36,744 nt of DNA, from assembly GCA_036558145.1 (NCBI GenBank), contig DATBGF010000393.1, forward strand, positions 1 to 36,744, written 5' to 3'. This stretch comes from Acidimicrobiales bacterium. Its GTDB lineage: Bacteria; Actinomycetota; Acidimicrobiia; Acidimicrobiales; VFJN01. The notes under the pieces are model-generated. The model was not told the DNA's origin. It saw nothing but the letters and a program-made list of their open reading frames with translations, and did not search any database. Every line of letters starts with the position of its first letter. The stretch's first letter is position 1. This document shows, one piece after another, positions 15,443 through 24,625 of the stretch. A program made the position numbers and the translations under genes.

Positions 15443-18400
15443 GGATCTGTGTCCGTTCTTCGCTTCTGCCACACCCGGTCGACGACGGCGTCGGCCACCA
15501 GCACCAGCACCGCGATCCAGCCGATCGGATGGGGCCGGCGCATCTCGATGGGCCAGTCGAAGCTGGGGGTCGGGTTCCAGCGGGCCTGGATGTAGAGCAC
15601 GTACAGGGCGCACAGGCCGAGCGCGATGGGGCTGGCGAGCAGCAGGTAGCGCCGGAACGTCTCGTGGCGCGCCCCGATGCCCGCGGCGATGCCGACGCCG
15701 AGACCCACCCAGGGCCCGGCCAGGATCCAGGCGAGCAGGAACACCCCCACGCCCGTCCAGACCGCGGTGCGCCGGCTGGGCAGGGCGCCGTCGTAGCGGA
15801 AGGCCAGCACCGACGAGTACGGCTCCGCCTCCGACGTCGGGGCGTTGACGACCGTGCGGGGGCGCCGCACGATCAGGATCAGGCACGCCAGAGCGGCCGC
15901 GAGCGAGATCCAGATGGCGATGTCGACGCGGCCCTGGGGCGTGAAGCGCATGTCCACCGTGAACGAGGCGTCGTCCGGCGTGACCAGCCAGCCGTTGGCG
16001 AAGCCGTCGACGAGCACCGGGTCGCCCAGCGACCTGCCGTTCACGGTGGCCTGCCAGCCCTGGTTGAAGCTCTGCCCCATGACCAGCCAGAACGGCTGGC
16101 CCGGGGTGGCCCCGGTGACCTTGGCGGTGGCCCTGTCGTGGTTGTCGCCGGTGACCTCGACGGCGGGACCGGACGGCACCGCGCCCGCCGACGCCTCGCT
16201 GACCAGCGTGCCGCTGCCGGCCGGGGTGGCGGACCCGCCGGCGCCGGAGCGCAGCACCAGGCCGTCCACGTTGAGCCCGGTGTCCTGGCCGTCGGCGCCG
16301 GCGATCTCGTGCTCACCGTTGTCCAGCGCCAGCGGCGCGCCGTCGCAGGTGGCCAGGGGGAGCGCCTCGCCCGCCAGGGCCTGGGACATGGGCCCGGTGA
16401 CCCGCACGGGGAGCGGCTGGCCGTCGACGGTCAGCAGGTCGCTGCGGCACCCGGAGTCGTAGACCGCGGGCAGGGCCGGGACCGTGGGTGCCGGCAGGCC
16501 GATCTCGGCGATGGCCGCGGGCTGGTCCACCTCGCGGTCGCTGATCCAGTCGTGGGTGGTGACCGTGCGCACGTCGGCGATCCGGACCCGGAAGCTCGAC
16601 CCGGTCACGGGCTGGTCCAGGGGCAGGTCGACCGAGGCGGTGGCGTTCTGCGCCGCGCCGTCCTGGATCTCGGGCAGGTCCAGCGTGCCCTGGTTGACCC
16701 CGTCGACGATGAGCTCGACCTTGGTCGGGACGGAGTGGCGGCCGTCGGCGATCAGGGTCAGCGGCAGCGAGCTGATGGTCGCCGGAGAGGTCAGGTTGAC
16801 CTCGACCCACTCGTTGTTCGGGTTGCTGCGCACGGTCGTCCAGGCGGTGGACGGGTCGCCGTCGAACGCGGCCGATGCCGTCTCCAGGTCGCCGTTGAGG
16901 CTCGAGCTCGCCCGGGCCCAGGTCACCGAGCCGTCGTGGGGCCGTCCCAGCGCCTGGTCGGTCACGTAGGTCGGGTAGCGGCGGTAGAGGCGGGCCTCGC
17001 CCTCCAGGCCGAAGCTGCGGCCGGTGGGCAGGTCGACCAGGCGGAGAAGGCGCTGCTCCTCGTCCTGGCGGGTGGTGTCGGTCGGGTCCTGGCGCTGGCG
17101 GCTCAGGCTGATGGCCAGGGGGTGGTCGCCGCTGGCGCTGCCCGCTGCGTCCAGCAGGTCGGTCGGCACCCGGATGACGTCCTCGTGGGTGTCGGGCCGG
17201 TCGCCGACCTCGATCTCCGCGAAGCCGAGGCTGGACTGGCCGGCGTAGCGGGGCACGAAGCCCACGTTGTCGTCGAGGATCTCGACCGACAGGGTCTTGA
17301 ACGTGCGCTCCGGGAAGTCGACCTCTTCGCCCGGGGCGTCGCGGGACTGGTCGCTGAGCTCGGCGTCCACGGGGTCGCCGCCGTCGAAGCGCAACCGCAC
17401 CTCGGTGATGAAGCGGTTGCGGGAGCCGTTGGTGACCTGGGTGAGGTTGACGTGGTCGGTGGTGACCGGCTCGTCGTAGGTGAGCTCGATGCGCTCGCCG
17501 CGGGCGTCGGCGAACGCCCCGGTGCGCCACGCGGTCTCCAGGTCGCCGTCCACGGCCAGGGCCGGGCGCTCCTCGGAGGTGAAGGTGATCTCGTTGCCGT
17601 AGGAGGTGGCCCGGGCGCTGACGCCGCCGCGGTCCTCGGCCACCGACATGGCGCCGCTGGACTCGTCGGGGAACAGCGGCAGCCGGTTGTCGCGGGCGTC
17701 GGCCTCGAGCGGCTTGTAGCCGGCGGTCTCGGTGAAGCCCCGGGTGTGGCGGATCGTGGTCCAGCGCTCGCCCCGCTTGCGGTTCGAGTCGGTCACCAGC
17801 AGCGCGGCGCCGTCGTCCAGCGCGTCCTGCACCTGGTCCGAGGACATGGACGCCGAGTAGCGGATCAGCTCGGTGCCGTCGATCAGCCCGGTGCCGGCCG
17901 CGTCGACCAGGCCGGCGCCGTCGCCCGCCACCAGCAGCGGGTGCTGGGTGTCGTGGGTCGACACGATGGGGACCGAGCCGTCCACGGGCAGCGAGGCCAG
18001 CTCGGGCGGGTCGGGCAGGTTCGGGTCGGACTCGAACATCAGCTCGTCGTCGAGCTGCACGTTGTCGACCGTGAGGTTGGGGTTGCCCGGACCGAACGGC
18101 ACCGGTTCGCCCAGCCCGGAGGCCCGGCGCACGAAGTCCCAGAAGTTGCGGGGCCGCGGCGTGTTGTAGCGCTCGTACTGGAGGTCGCTCTGGACCAGCA
18201 CGTCGCCCGCCCGCATCAGCCGGGCGATGGGGGCGATGGAGTCCGAGTCGGCCGTGCGCTCCTGGAGGCGCAGGTCGAAGGCGTTGAGCAGGTTGGCGGA
18301 CGCGGGCGAGCCGTAGGGGATCAGCTCACGCTGCACCGAGGGCCGGTCCATCAGCCCGGGCAGCACCGGGTCGACCGTGTTGCCCCAGCGGTAGCTGGCG

Positions 18401-19890
18401 AAGTCGGTGCCCGGCACCACCAGCACCCGGGTGTCGGACCCCTCGGACTGGAGGTGGTCGGCGGCCTGGGTCCAGTAGTCGGGGATGGCCTCGGGCCGGC
18501 GCAGGTTCTTGGGGACGAAGTCGCCGGTCCACAGCGGGGGCAGGGCCAGCAGGGCGATGAGCACCACGCCGATGGTCAGCGGCCGCCCGGTCCGGGGCCA
18601 GCGCCGGGCCAGGCTGGTGACGCCCGCGCCCGCCAGCACCGCCAGGGACAGCGCCACCAGCGGCACCGCCCGGGGCAGGCTGCGCATGGACAGGCCCACG
18701 TCGGACAGCAGGAAGGCCTTGACCCCCCGGGCCCAGGGCGAGCCGCCGTTCCACGGGTAGGCGCCGACGGACAGGGCGACGCCCAGCGCCAGCAGGGCCA
18801 CGAAGTAGGCCCGGTGGCGCCAGCGGGCCACCACCGCGCCGGCCAGGCCGGCGATGGGGACCATGTAGGAGAAGGCCAGCAGCGGGAGGAACTGGGTGTA
18901 CGGCACGCTGGGCTCGATCCACGGGCCCAGCCGGTCGCCGCCGTAGAAGAACCAGTAGCCGAGGCCGCGCAGCACCTCGTGGCTGACCGAGACCGCGGCC
19001 ACGGTCTGGGCCGTCTCGGTGTAGCGCAGGATCTCGATGCCGTTCGTGCCCTGGACGGACAGCCCGGCGATCCACCAGGCCGACACCGGCAGCGTGAGCA
19101 CCCCCAACCGCAGGGCGCTGCGCACGGCGGTGCGCAGGCTGATCTCGTGGGCCACCCAGACGGCGTGGACGAGCCACACCACCGGCGCCACGCCCACCAG
19201 CATGAGCGCGGTGGCGTTGACGCTGCCGCACGTGGCCACCGCCAGAGCGAACAGGGCGGGGTAGCGCCAGCCCTTGGTGCGCGTCGTGCGGATGGTGAGG
19301 GCGATGAGCCAGGGCAGGAAGGCGAACGGCAGCAGGATGGCCGACAGCCGGGCCACCAGCGTGAGGATGTAGGGGGTCAGCGCGTAGCCGAAGGTGGCGG
19401 CCACCACGCCCGGCCCGGTCCAGCCGAGCGTGCGCAGCAGGTAGACCACCCCGGCCCCGGCCACGAAGATGATCGTGCCCCACCAGAGCCGCTGCGCCGC
19501 CCAGTCGGGCACGCCGACCTTGTCCAGGAACCAGTAGAACGGGCCCATCGGCCACAGGTAGCCGATGTTCTGGTGGGTGACGGTGCCCAGGCCGATCGAG
19601 GGGTCCCACATCGACCAGGACCGGCTCATGAGCTTGGACGGGTCGAGGTAGAGGTAGGTCTTGGTGTCGGCGCTCACCCAGCCCCGCTGCGTGAGCAGCA
19701 GGGGCACGTAGGCGATGGCGCCCAGCGCCGCCAGCAGCTTCGCGGTGGGCCCGCCCGGCAGGCGCCGGCCGGGCGCCTTGACCGCCGTCCGCGACCGGGA
19801 CGGGGCCGAGGCCGGGACCGACGCCACGGTGGCGAGCGCCGGCCGGCGTCCGCGCAGGCCGTGCGCGAGCCGGGCGAACGGGCTCTTCAT
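15439..19890 (-). CDS. AftD-like alpha-(1->3)-arabinofuranosyltransferase-family GT-C enzyme (1483 aa) with discoidin/F5-8-type-C-like domains and a C-terminal TM bundle
   Basis: Last 1483 aa of track ORF 15439..20706, starting MKSPFARLAHG (ATG 19890-19888, ATGA overlap with the GT4 stop). The N-terminal block is WVSADTKTYLYLDPSKLMSRSWSMWDPSIGLGTVTHQNIGYLWPMGPFYWF, followed by ~12 TM helices. The large soluble region has two DGD(L/P)(E/S)TAW(R/T)T carbohydrate-binding-type motifs, and 4-5 TM helices close the protein. Confidence 0.8.
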   Translation of the reverse strand: MKSPFARLAHGLRGRRPALATVASVPASAPSRSRTAVKAPGRRLPGGPTAKLLAALGAIAYVPLLLTQRGWVSADTKTYLYLDPSKLMSRSWSMWDPSIGLGTVTHQNIGYLWPMGPFYWFLDKVGVPDWAAQRLWWGTIIFVAGAGVVYLLRTLGWTGPGVVAATFGYALTPYILTLVARLSAILLPFAFLPWLIALTIRTTRTKGWRYPALFALAVATCGSVNATALMLVGVAPVVWLVHAVWVAHEISLRTAVRSALRLGVLTLPVSAWWIAGLSVQGTNGIEILRYTETAQTVAAVSVSHEVLRGLGYWFFYGGDRLGPWIEPSVPYTQFLPLLAFSYMVPIAGLAGAVVARWRHRAYFVALLALGVALSVGAYPWNGGSPWARGVKAFLLSDVGLSMRSLPRAVPLVALSLAVLAGAGVTSLARRWPRTGRPLTIGVVLIALLALPPLWTGDFVPKNLRRPEAIPDYWTQAADHLQSEGSDTRVLVVPGTDFASYRWGNTVDPVLPGLMDRPSVQRELIPYGSPASANLLNAFDLRLQERTADSDSIAPIARLMRAGDVLVQSDLQYERYNTPRPRNFWDFVRRASGLGEPVPFGPGNPNLTVDNVQLDDELMFESDPNLPDPPELASLPVDGSVPIVSTHDTQHPLLVAGDGAGLVDAAGTGLIDGTELIRYSASMSSDQVQDALDDGAALLVTDSNRKRGERWTTIRHTRGFTETAGYKPLEADARDNRLPLFPDESSGAMSVAEDRGGVSARATSYGNEITFTSEERPALAVDGDLETAWRTGAFADARGERIELTYDEPVTTDHVNLTQVTNGSRNRFITEVRLRFDGGDPVDAELSDQSRDAPGEEVDFPERTFKTLSVEILDDNVGFVPRYAGQSSLGFAEIEVGDRPDTHEDVIRVPTDLLDAAGSASGDHPLAISLSRQRQDPTDTTRQDEEQRLLRLVDLPTGRSFGLEGEARLYRRYPTYVTDQALGRPHDGSVTWARASSSLNGDLETASAAFDGDPSTAWTTVRSNPNNEWVEVNLTSPATISSLPLTLIADGRHSVPTKVELIVDGVNQGTLDLPEIQDGAAQNATASVDLPLDQPVTGSSFRVRIADVRTVTTHDWISDREVDQPAAIAEIGLPAPTVPALPAVYDSGCRSDLLTVDGQPLPVRVTGPMSQALAGEALPLATCDGAPLALDNGEHEIAGADGQDTGLNVDGLVLRSGAGGSATPAGSGTLVSEASAGAVPSGPAVEVTGDNHDRATAKVTGATPGQPFWLVMGQSFNQGWQATVNGRSLGDPVLVDGFANGWLVTPDDASFTVDMRFTPQGRVDIAIWISLAAALACLILIVRRPRTVVNAPTSEAEPYSSVLAFRYDGALPSRRTAVWTGVGVFLLAWILAGPWVGLGVGIAAGIGARHETFRRYLLLASPIALGLCALYVLYIQARWNPTPSFDWPIEMRRPHPIGWIAVLVLVADAVVDRVWQKRRTDTDP

Positions 19891-21074
19891 CGGGGGTGTC
19901 GCCGCCGTGACACCTCGTCGGCGACGACCCGCATCAGCCGCGTGGCGGTGTTGTCCCAGGTGAGCTCGCCGGCCCAGGCGAGGGCACCGGCGCTCAGGCG
20001 GGCCCGGAGGTCGCCGTCGCCGAGCACCCGGGCCATGGCGCCGCCCAGGCTCGCCGGGTCGCCCGCGGCCAGCAGCCCGGTCTCGCCGTGGTGGACCGAG
20101 TCGCGGTGCCCCGCGATGTCGGTGGCCACGGCCGGGGTGCCGCAGGCCGCGGCCTCGGTGAGCGTCATGCCCCAGCCCTCGTGGGCGGAGGCCGACGTGA
20201 TGATCCACGCCTCGCGCATCAGCTCGAGCTTGTCCGCCTCGCTGAGCGAGCCCCGCAGCGTCACCCACGTGCCCGCGTCGAGCTCCTCGATGGCGGCCTG
20301 GACCGTGGGCCGGTCGTAGCCGTCGCCGACGATGTGCAGGCGCAGGTCGGGGATGGTCTTGCGGGCATGGTGGGCGGCCCGCACCAGCAGGTCGTAGCGC
20401 TTGACCGGCGCCATGCGGCCCACCGCCATCACCAGCGGATCCGGCGACTTGGAGCCCGCGGGCGAGTAGTGGGCGTCGATGCCGGGGTGCACGACGGTGA
20501 CCCGGGCGGGATCGAAGCCGAGGTCCGAGACCAGCTCGTCCTTGGACGACTCGCACAGCGTGGCGATGGCGGACCGGCGGTAGAGCGGCGGCGCGACCTT
20601 GGCCTCGAACAGCTTGCCCACGGGCCCGAGCTTGGGCCCGAGGGTCATATTCCACATGTCGGCGTGGACGTGGTGCAACAGGATCACCCGCGGGCCGAGG
20701 TTCCACAGCGGGCTCAGGAAGGGCATGCCGTTCCAGATCTCGACCAGCACGTCGCGCGGCCCTGTGCGCCCCGCGATCTCGGCCATGGCGGCCCGGGGGA
20801 AGACCTGGTAGCGGCCGGCGCGGCGGATCACCTTGTAGCCGTCGCGCATGGCCTCGGTGGGCTGGCCCTGGGCCCAGGAGGTCCGCATCGTGATCTCGAG
20901 CCCGGCGGCGGCCCAGCGCTTGGCGACCTCGGCGATGTGGAGCTCGGACCCGCCGGCCTCGACGTCGTCGAGGTCCCGCCAGGCGAGCACGTGGACCCGC
21001 CGGACGCCGGCCGACGCGGCCAGGTCGCCGATCTTGGCGATGGGATCGGCGTCCTCAGGCACGACATTGCTCAC
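19887..21074 (-). CDS. GT4-family (GT-B, group 1) glycosyltransferase
   Basis: Track ORF of 395 aa. Its GTG start is preceded by GGGAGGA. It carries the C-terminal EX7E-type block (SASAHEGWGMTLTEAAACGTPAVATD..G..D.V). Confidence 0.85.
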   Translation of the reverse strand: MSNVVPEDADPIAKIGDLAASAGVRRVHVLAWRDLDDVEAGGSELHIAEVAKRWAAAGLEITMRTSWAQGQPTEAMRDGYKVIRRAGRYQVFPRAAMAEIAGRTGPRDVLVEIWNGMPFLSPLWNLGPRVILLHHVHADMWNMTLGPKLGPVGKLFEAKVAPPLYRRSAIATLCESSKDELVSDLGFDPARVTVVHPGIDAHYSPAGSKSPDPLVMAVGRMAPVKRYDLLVRAAHHARKTIPDLRLHIVGDGYDRPTVQAAIEELDAGTWVTLRGSLSEADKLELMREAWIITSASAHEGWGMTLTEAAACGTPAVATDIAGHRDSVHHGETGLLAAGDPASLGGAMARVLGDGDLRARLSAGALAWAGELTWDNTATRLMRVVADEVSRRRHPR

Positions 21075-21182
21075 AGGTGGTCGTCCTCCCCAGGGCCAGG
21101 TACCCGGGCGCTCGACAGTAGTGACCGCGGGTGGTTACCGCTCGGATACCGGAACCGCCGTATGCTACGGACTTCCGTGCCA

Positions 21183-21209
21183 GCGCACCAACGCTCGGGG
21201 GTGGTGCGC
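21183..21209 (+). promoter_or_regulatory. 8-bp perfect hairpin (GCGCACCA-11 nt-TGGTGCGC) in the methyltransferase leader
   Basis: Read directly. The stems are 21183-21190 and 21202-21209, ~20 nt upstream of the GGAG/GTG start at 21230. Confidence 0.3.
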
Positions 21210-21229
21210 CCGACCCGACGGAGCAGCCC

Positions 21230-21985
21230 GTGGCCAGCACCGACGACGCCCATGCGATCAGCCTGACCGAGGCCCTGGACGGCGTCGAAGGCTGGTTCAG
21301 CCCCGAGCAGGTGGACCGGGTCGTCGAGCGGGCGTCGCAGGTGCCGCCGACCGGTCGGATCGTGGAGATCGGCAGCTTCCGCGGGCGCTCCATGGTGGCC
21401 ATCGCCCGGTCCGCGCCGGAGGGCACCGAGATCGTCGCCATCGACCCCCACGCCGGCAACGACCGCGGCCCCCAGGAGATCGACGGTTTCGCCGACGAGG
21501 CCGAGGTGGACAGCAAGGTGTTCCTCGCCAACCTGGAGCGGGCCGGGGTGCGGGAGCGGGTCACGTACGTCCGCAAGTTCAGCCATGACGCCCTCGGCGA
21601 CGTCGGCGGCCCCATCGACATGCTGCACATCGACGGTGCCCACCGCTTCGCGCCGGCCAGCGACGACATCCGCAGCTGGGGCGACCGGGTCGTGCCCGGG
21701 GGCTCGATGCTGATCCACGACTCGTTCTCCTCGGCCGGGGTGACGCTGGCGCTGGCCGCCACCGTGGCCTTCTCCGGCGAGTGGCGCTACGCGGGGCGCA
21801 GCCGGTCGCTGGCGGAGTACCGCCGCGAGCCGGTGCGCGGCACCGCCCGGGCCGCCAACATCGGGCGCCAGCTGGCCCAGCTGCCGTGGTTCGCCCGCAA
21901 CCTGGCCATCAAGGCCCTGATCGTGGCCAAGCTGCCCCGCGCCGCGCGGGCGATCGGCCACGACGGCTCCACCTGGCCCTACTGA
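21230..21985 (+). CDS. Class I SAM-dependent methyltransferase (Methyltransf_24-like)
   Basis: Track ORF 21131..21985, trimmed to the GTG at 21230 (GGAG lies 6 nt upstream). Motif I-like is IVEIGSFRGRS, followed by IDPH...., LHIDGAH and PGGSMLIHD. Confidence 0.75.
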   Translation: MASTDDAHAISLTEALDGVEGWFSPEQVDRVVERASQVPPTGRIVEIGSFRGRSMVAIARSAPEGTEIVAIDPHAGNDRGPQEIDGFADEAEVDSKVFLANLERAGVRERVTYVRKFSHDALGDVGGPIDMLHIDGAHRFAPASDDIRSWGDRVVPGGSMLIHDSFSSAGVTLALAATVAFSGEWRYAGRSRSLAEYRREPVRGTARAANIGRQLAQLPWFARNLAIKALIVAKLPRAARAIGHDGSTWPY

Positions 21986-21989
21986 GGGT

Positions 21990-22814
21990 CTAGGAGGCCG
22001 TCGTCTCCACGCCGGGCGCCTCGGGGTCCGGCGTCTGCTGCGTCGACTCCGGCTCGGGAGCCAGCCCGGTGCGGGGCGGCAGCGGCTCGGGCTTGTCGCC
22101 CCGGCGCAGCACCCGGTCCCGCAGGCCCCACCACGTCACCAGCGACATGGCCTCGCCGATGATGTGCCAGGACATCTTGGACACGCCCCGCACCCGGTCG
22201 TTGAAGGTGATCGGCACCTCCACGATGCGGGCGCCCAGGCGGTGGGCCCGGTACGACAGCTCGAGCTGGAAGCCGTAGCCGGTCGCCTTGGTGGCGCTGG
22301 CCTCGACGGTCTCCAGGACGTCGGCCCGGTAGGCCCGGAACCCGGCGGTGGCGTCGCGCACGCCCAGGCCCAGCACCGACGAGGCGTAGAAGTTGCCGGC
22401 GCGGGACAGCAGGATGCGCACGAACGGCCAGTTGGTGGTGCGGCCCCCGGCCACGTAGCGGGACCCGATGGCGATGTCGGCGCCGGCCTCGACCTCGCCC
22501 AGCAGGGCGGGCAGCCGTTCGGGCGGGTGCGAGAGGTCGGCGTCCATCTGCACGACGACGTCGTAGCCCTCGGCGAAGGCGCGCTTGAACCCGGCCCGGT
22601 AGGCCCCGCCCAGGCCGCCCTTCGACGGGCGGACCAGCACATCGACCTGGCCCAGCTCCTTGCCGGCGGCCCGCGCCAGGTCGGCGGTCCCGTCGGGACT
22701 GGAATCGTCGACGACCAGGATGTCGGCTTCGGGCGCGGCCGCCCGGACCTGACCGAGAACGTCGGCGATGTTCTCGGCCTCCAAGTACGTCGGGATGATG
22801 ACCAGGGTTCTCAT
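21990..22814 (-). CDS. ppm1: Polyprenol-phosphate mannosyltransferase (Ppm1/DPM1-like GT2)
   Basis: Track ORF of 274 aa. Motifs: IIPTYLEAENI, VVDDSSPDGT, GGLGGAYRAGF, VQMDADLSHPP, GSRYV.GG...NW and TAGFRAY. Confidence 0.85.
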   Translation of the reverse strand: MRTLVIIPTYLEAENIADVLGQVRAAAPEADILVVDDSSPDGTADLARAAGKELGQVDVLVRPSKGGLGGAYRAGFKRAFAEGYDVVVQMDADLSHPPERLPALLGEVEAGADIAIGSRYVAGGRTTNWPFVRILLSRAGNFYASSVLGLGVRDATAGFRAYRADVLETVEASATKATGYGFQLELSYRAHRLGARIVEVPITFNDRVRGVSKMSWHIIGEAMSLVTWWGLRDRVLRRGDKPEPLPPRTGLAPEPESTQQTPDPEAPGVETTAS

Positions 22815-22885
22815 GCGGCCCCCCAGACGTCGCTCCGCGTCACAACACTACTTCTCACCTCGGGCGTCATGCGCTGTCCTCCCCC

Positions 22886-24625
22886 TCAGTCACAGCGGAC
22901 GTAGAGCTCATAGATCGGCTTGCCCGGCCCCGCGGCCGGGTTCTCGCCGTAGCGGTCGTGCAGGCAGTAGAGCTCGTCGAGGACCTTGCCGGGCTCGGAG
23001 GAGCCGGGGTCCATCGACGTGTTGGGCTCGACCCAGTTGTCGTACATCGTGGACAGGATCACGACGTCGGAGTGGCGCAGCTCGTCGGCCAGCCCCGAGT
23101 CGTCGGCGTTGGCCACGCCCGGGTCCATCTCGATGTAGCGGGTGCCGGGCACGAGCTGCGGGAGCATGAAATAGAGGTAGGCCTCGCTGTAGGGCGTGCG
23201 CCGCAGGTCGCCCGTGCCCACGATGACCTTGTCGCCGGGCTTCGTCAGGCGCTCGACGTCGTCGAGCATGGCCTCGGCCGCCACCGGCACGTCCTGGCGC
23301 CCGTAGTAGAAGCTGCGGCCCCGATGGTCCACCGACCAGACGTGGCGGTCGTAGTTCACGCCCTGGGCCACGTAGTCGGCGTACCAGCGGTACGTGAAGT
23401 GGGGGAACAGCAGCATCACCACGAAGGGCGCCAGCATGGCCACCCGGGCCACCGCCACCCGGGTGCCCCGGAGGCGGGCGGCCTCGGCCAGGAACGCCGG
23501 CAGCAGCCCGAACGGCACGCAGCTCACCCAGGACAGGTGGGCGGTGTCGGCCCGCTGGACCACCTGGGGGAGCAGCCCGGCCGCGAACAGGCTGAGCGCC
23601 AGCAGCCGCCAGCCGTGCTCGCTGCCGCGGCGCTTCGACCACACCGCGATGGCGACCATGGCCACGCAGGTGGCGACCAGGATCCAGAACCACAGCGCGA
23701 TCTGCATGGGCTGCTCGGGCGTGGGCAGCGGCCAGGGGAAGCGCCGGAACGCGAAGGCCCGGTTGAGGAAGCTCGTGTACTCGTCGGACGGAGGCGGGAA
23801 GGGCAGCCGCCGGCCCGGGCGCAGCTTGAACACCGGCTCGACGAACATGCCCTGCACCACGTTCCCCGGCCCGGCCAGGGCGATGTGGACCAGGTAGGGG
23901 CTGATGCCGAGGGCCAACCCGAGCCCGACGCGCTTGCGCCCAGCGCGGTCGAGCGCCCAGACGAACAGGACGCCGAGGGCCAGGCCCAGGCACACGACCA
24001 GGTCGGGCCGGAACAGCAGCGCGAACCCGGCCAGCAGCCCCGCCACCCACTGCGTGCGGGGCCGGATGCCCGGATCGAGGGACCGGGCGGCCACCGCCAC
24101 CGCCCACAGGGCCAGGGCCACGCCGCCGACCCAGGCCAGGGCGGTGACGCCGATGGGCGGGATGATGACGATGGCGGTGACGACCCCGCACAGCGCGGCG
24201 GTGTAGCGGCCCCAGCGGAAGCCCACGTAGGTGGTGGCGGCGATGAGGCCGGCCAGCTGCAGGATGCCGACGACCCGCTCGGTCCACAGCGACACGCCGA
24301 AGACCTTGAAGAAGCCGGCGATCGTCCAGATGCTCCCCGGCCCGTAGAGGTGGAGGAAGTCGCGGTTGGGGATGTCCCCGTGGAGCAGCCGCTCCGGGAA
24401 CACCAGCATGAAGCCCTCTTCCATGGGCGCCCCGGGGGCCCGGAAGACGCCGCGCAGCGGCAGCAGGATGGCGAGGCCCACGATGGCGGTGGGCACCAGC
24501 CAGCGCTGGCGCCGGACCCACGCCCACGGCCCGCGGCCGCGGTCGGGGGCCGGCGTGGCCTCGTCCGCCGCCTCCGGCTGATCCGGCGTGGGCTCGACGG
24601 TCTCGGTCCTGGTCGTCTCGGTCAT
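22886..24625 (-). CDS. Polytopic membrane protein with a C-terminal extracytoplasmic domain; putative unassigned GT-C-fold glycosyltransferase
   Basis: Last 579 aa of track ORF 22886..26929, starting MTETTRTETVEP (ATG 24625-24623, ATGA overlap with the upstream gene stop). It has ~11 predicted TM helices, an acidic first loop (MEEGF..FPERLLHGDIPNRDFLHLYGPGS) and a ~180-aa soluble tail. The function is not recognised. Confidence 0.6.
   Translation of the reverse strand: MTETTRTETVEPTPDQPEAADEATPAPDRGRGPWAWVRRQRWLVPTAIVGLAILLPLRGVFRAPGAPMEEGFMLVFPERLLHGDIPNRDFLHLYGPGSIWTIAGFFKVFGVSLWTERVVGILQLAGLIAATTYVGFRWGRYTAALCGVVTAIVIIPPIGVTALAWVGGVALALWAVAVAARSLDPGIRPRTQWVAGLLAGFALLFRPDLVVCLGLALGVLFVWALDRAGRKRVGLGLALGISPYLVHIALAGPGNVVQGMFVEPVFKLRPGRRLPFPPPSDEYTSFLNRAFAFRRFPWPLPTPEQPMQIALWFWILVATCVAMVAIAVWSKRRGSEHGWRLLALSLFAAGLLPQVVQRADTAHLSWVSCVPFGLLPAFLAEAARLRGTRVAVARVAMLAPFVVMLLFPHFTYRWYADYVAQGVNYDRHVWSVDHRGRSFYYGRQDVPVAAEAMLDDVERLTKPGDKVIVGTGDLRRTPYSEAYLYFMLPQLVPGTRYIEMDPGVANADDSGLADELRHSDVVILSTMYDNWVEPNTSMDPGSSEPGKVLDELYCLHDRYGENPAAGPGKPIYELYVRCD

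Noticed and set aside
15529-20319. 1596-aa plus-strand ORF antisense to the AftD-like gene, plus the nested ORFs 15845..16462, 16313..17530 and 18326..19609
   Set aside because: The compositions are low-complexity (G/A/R/P/V/D) with no TM or domain logic. The minus-strand frame encodes a coherent GT-C protein with TM helices and carbohydrate-binding motifs.
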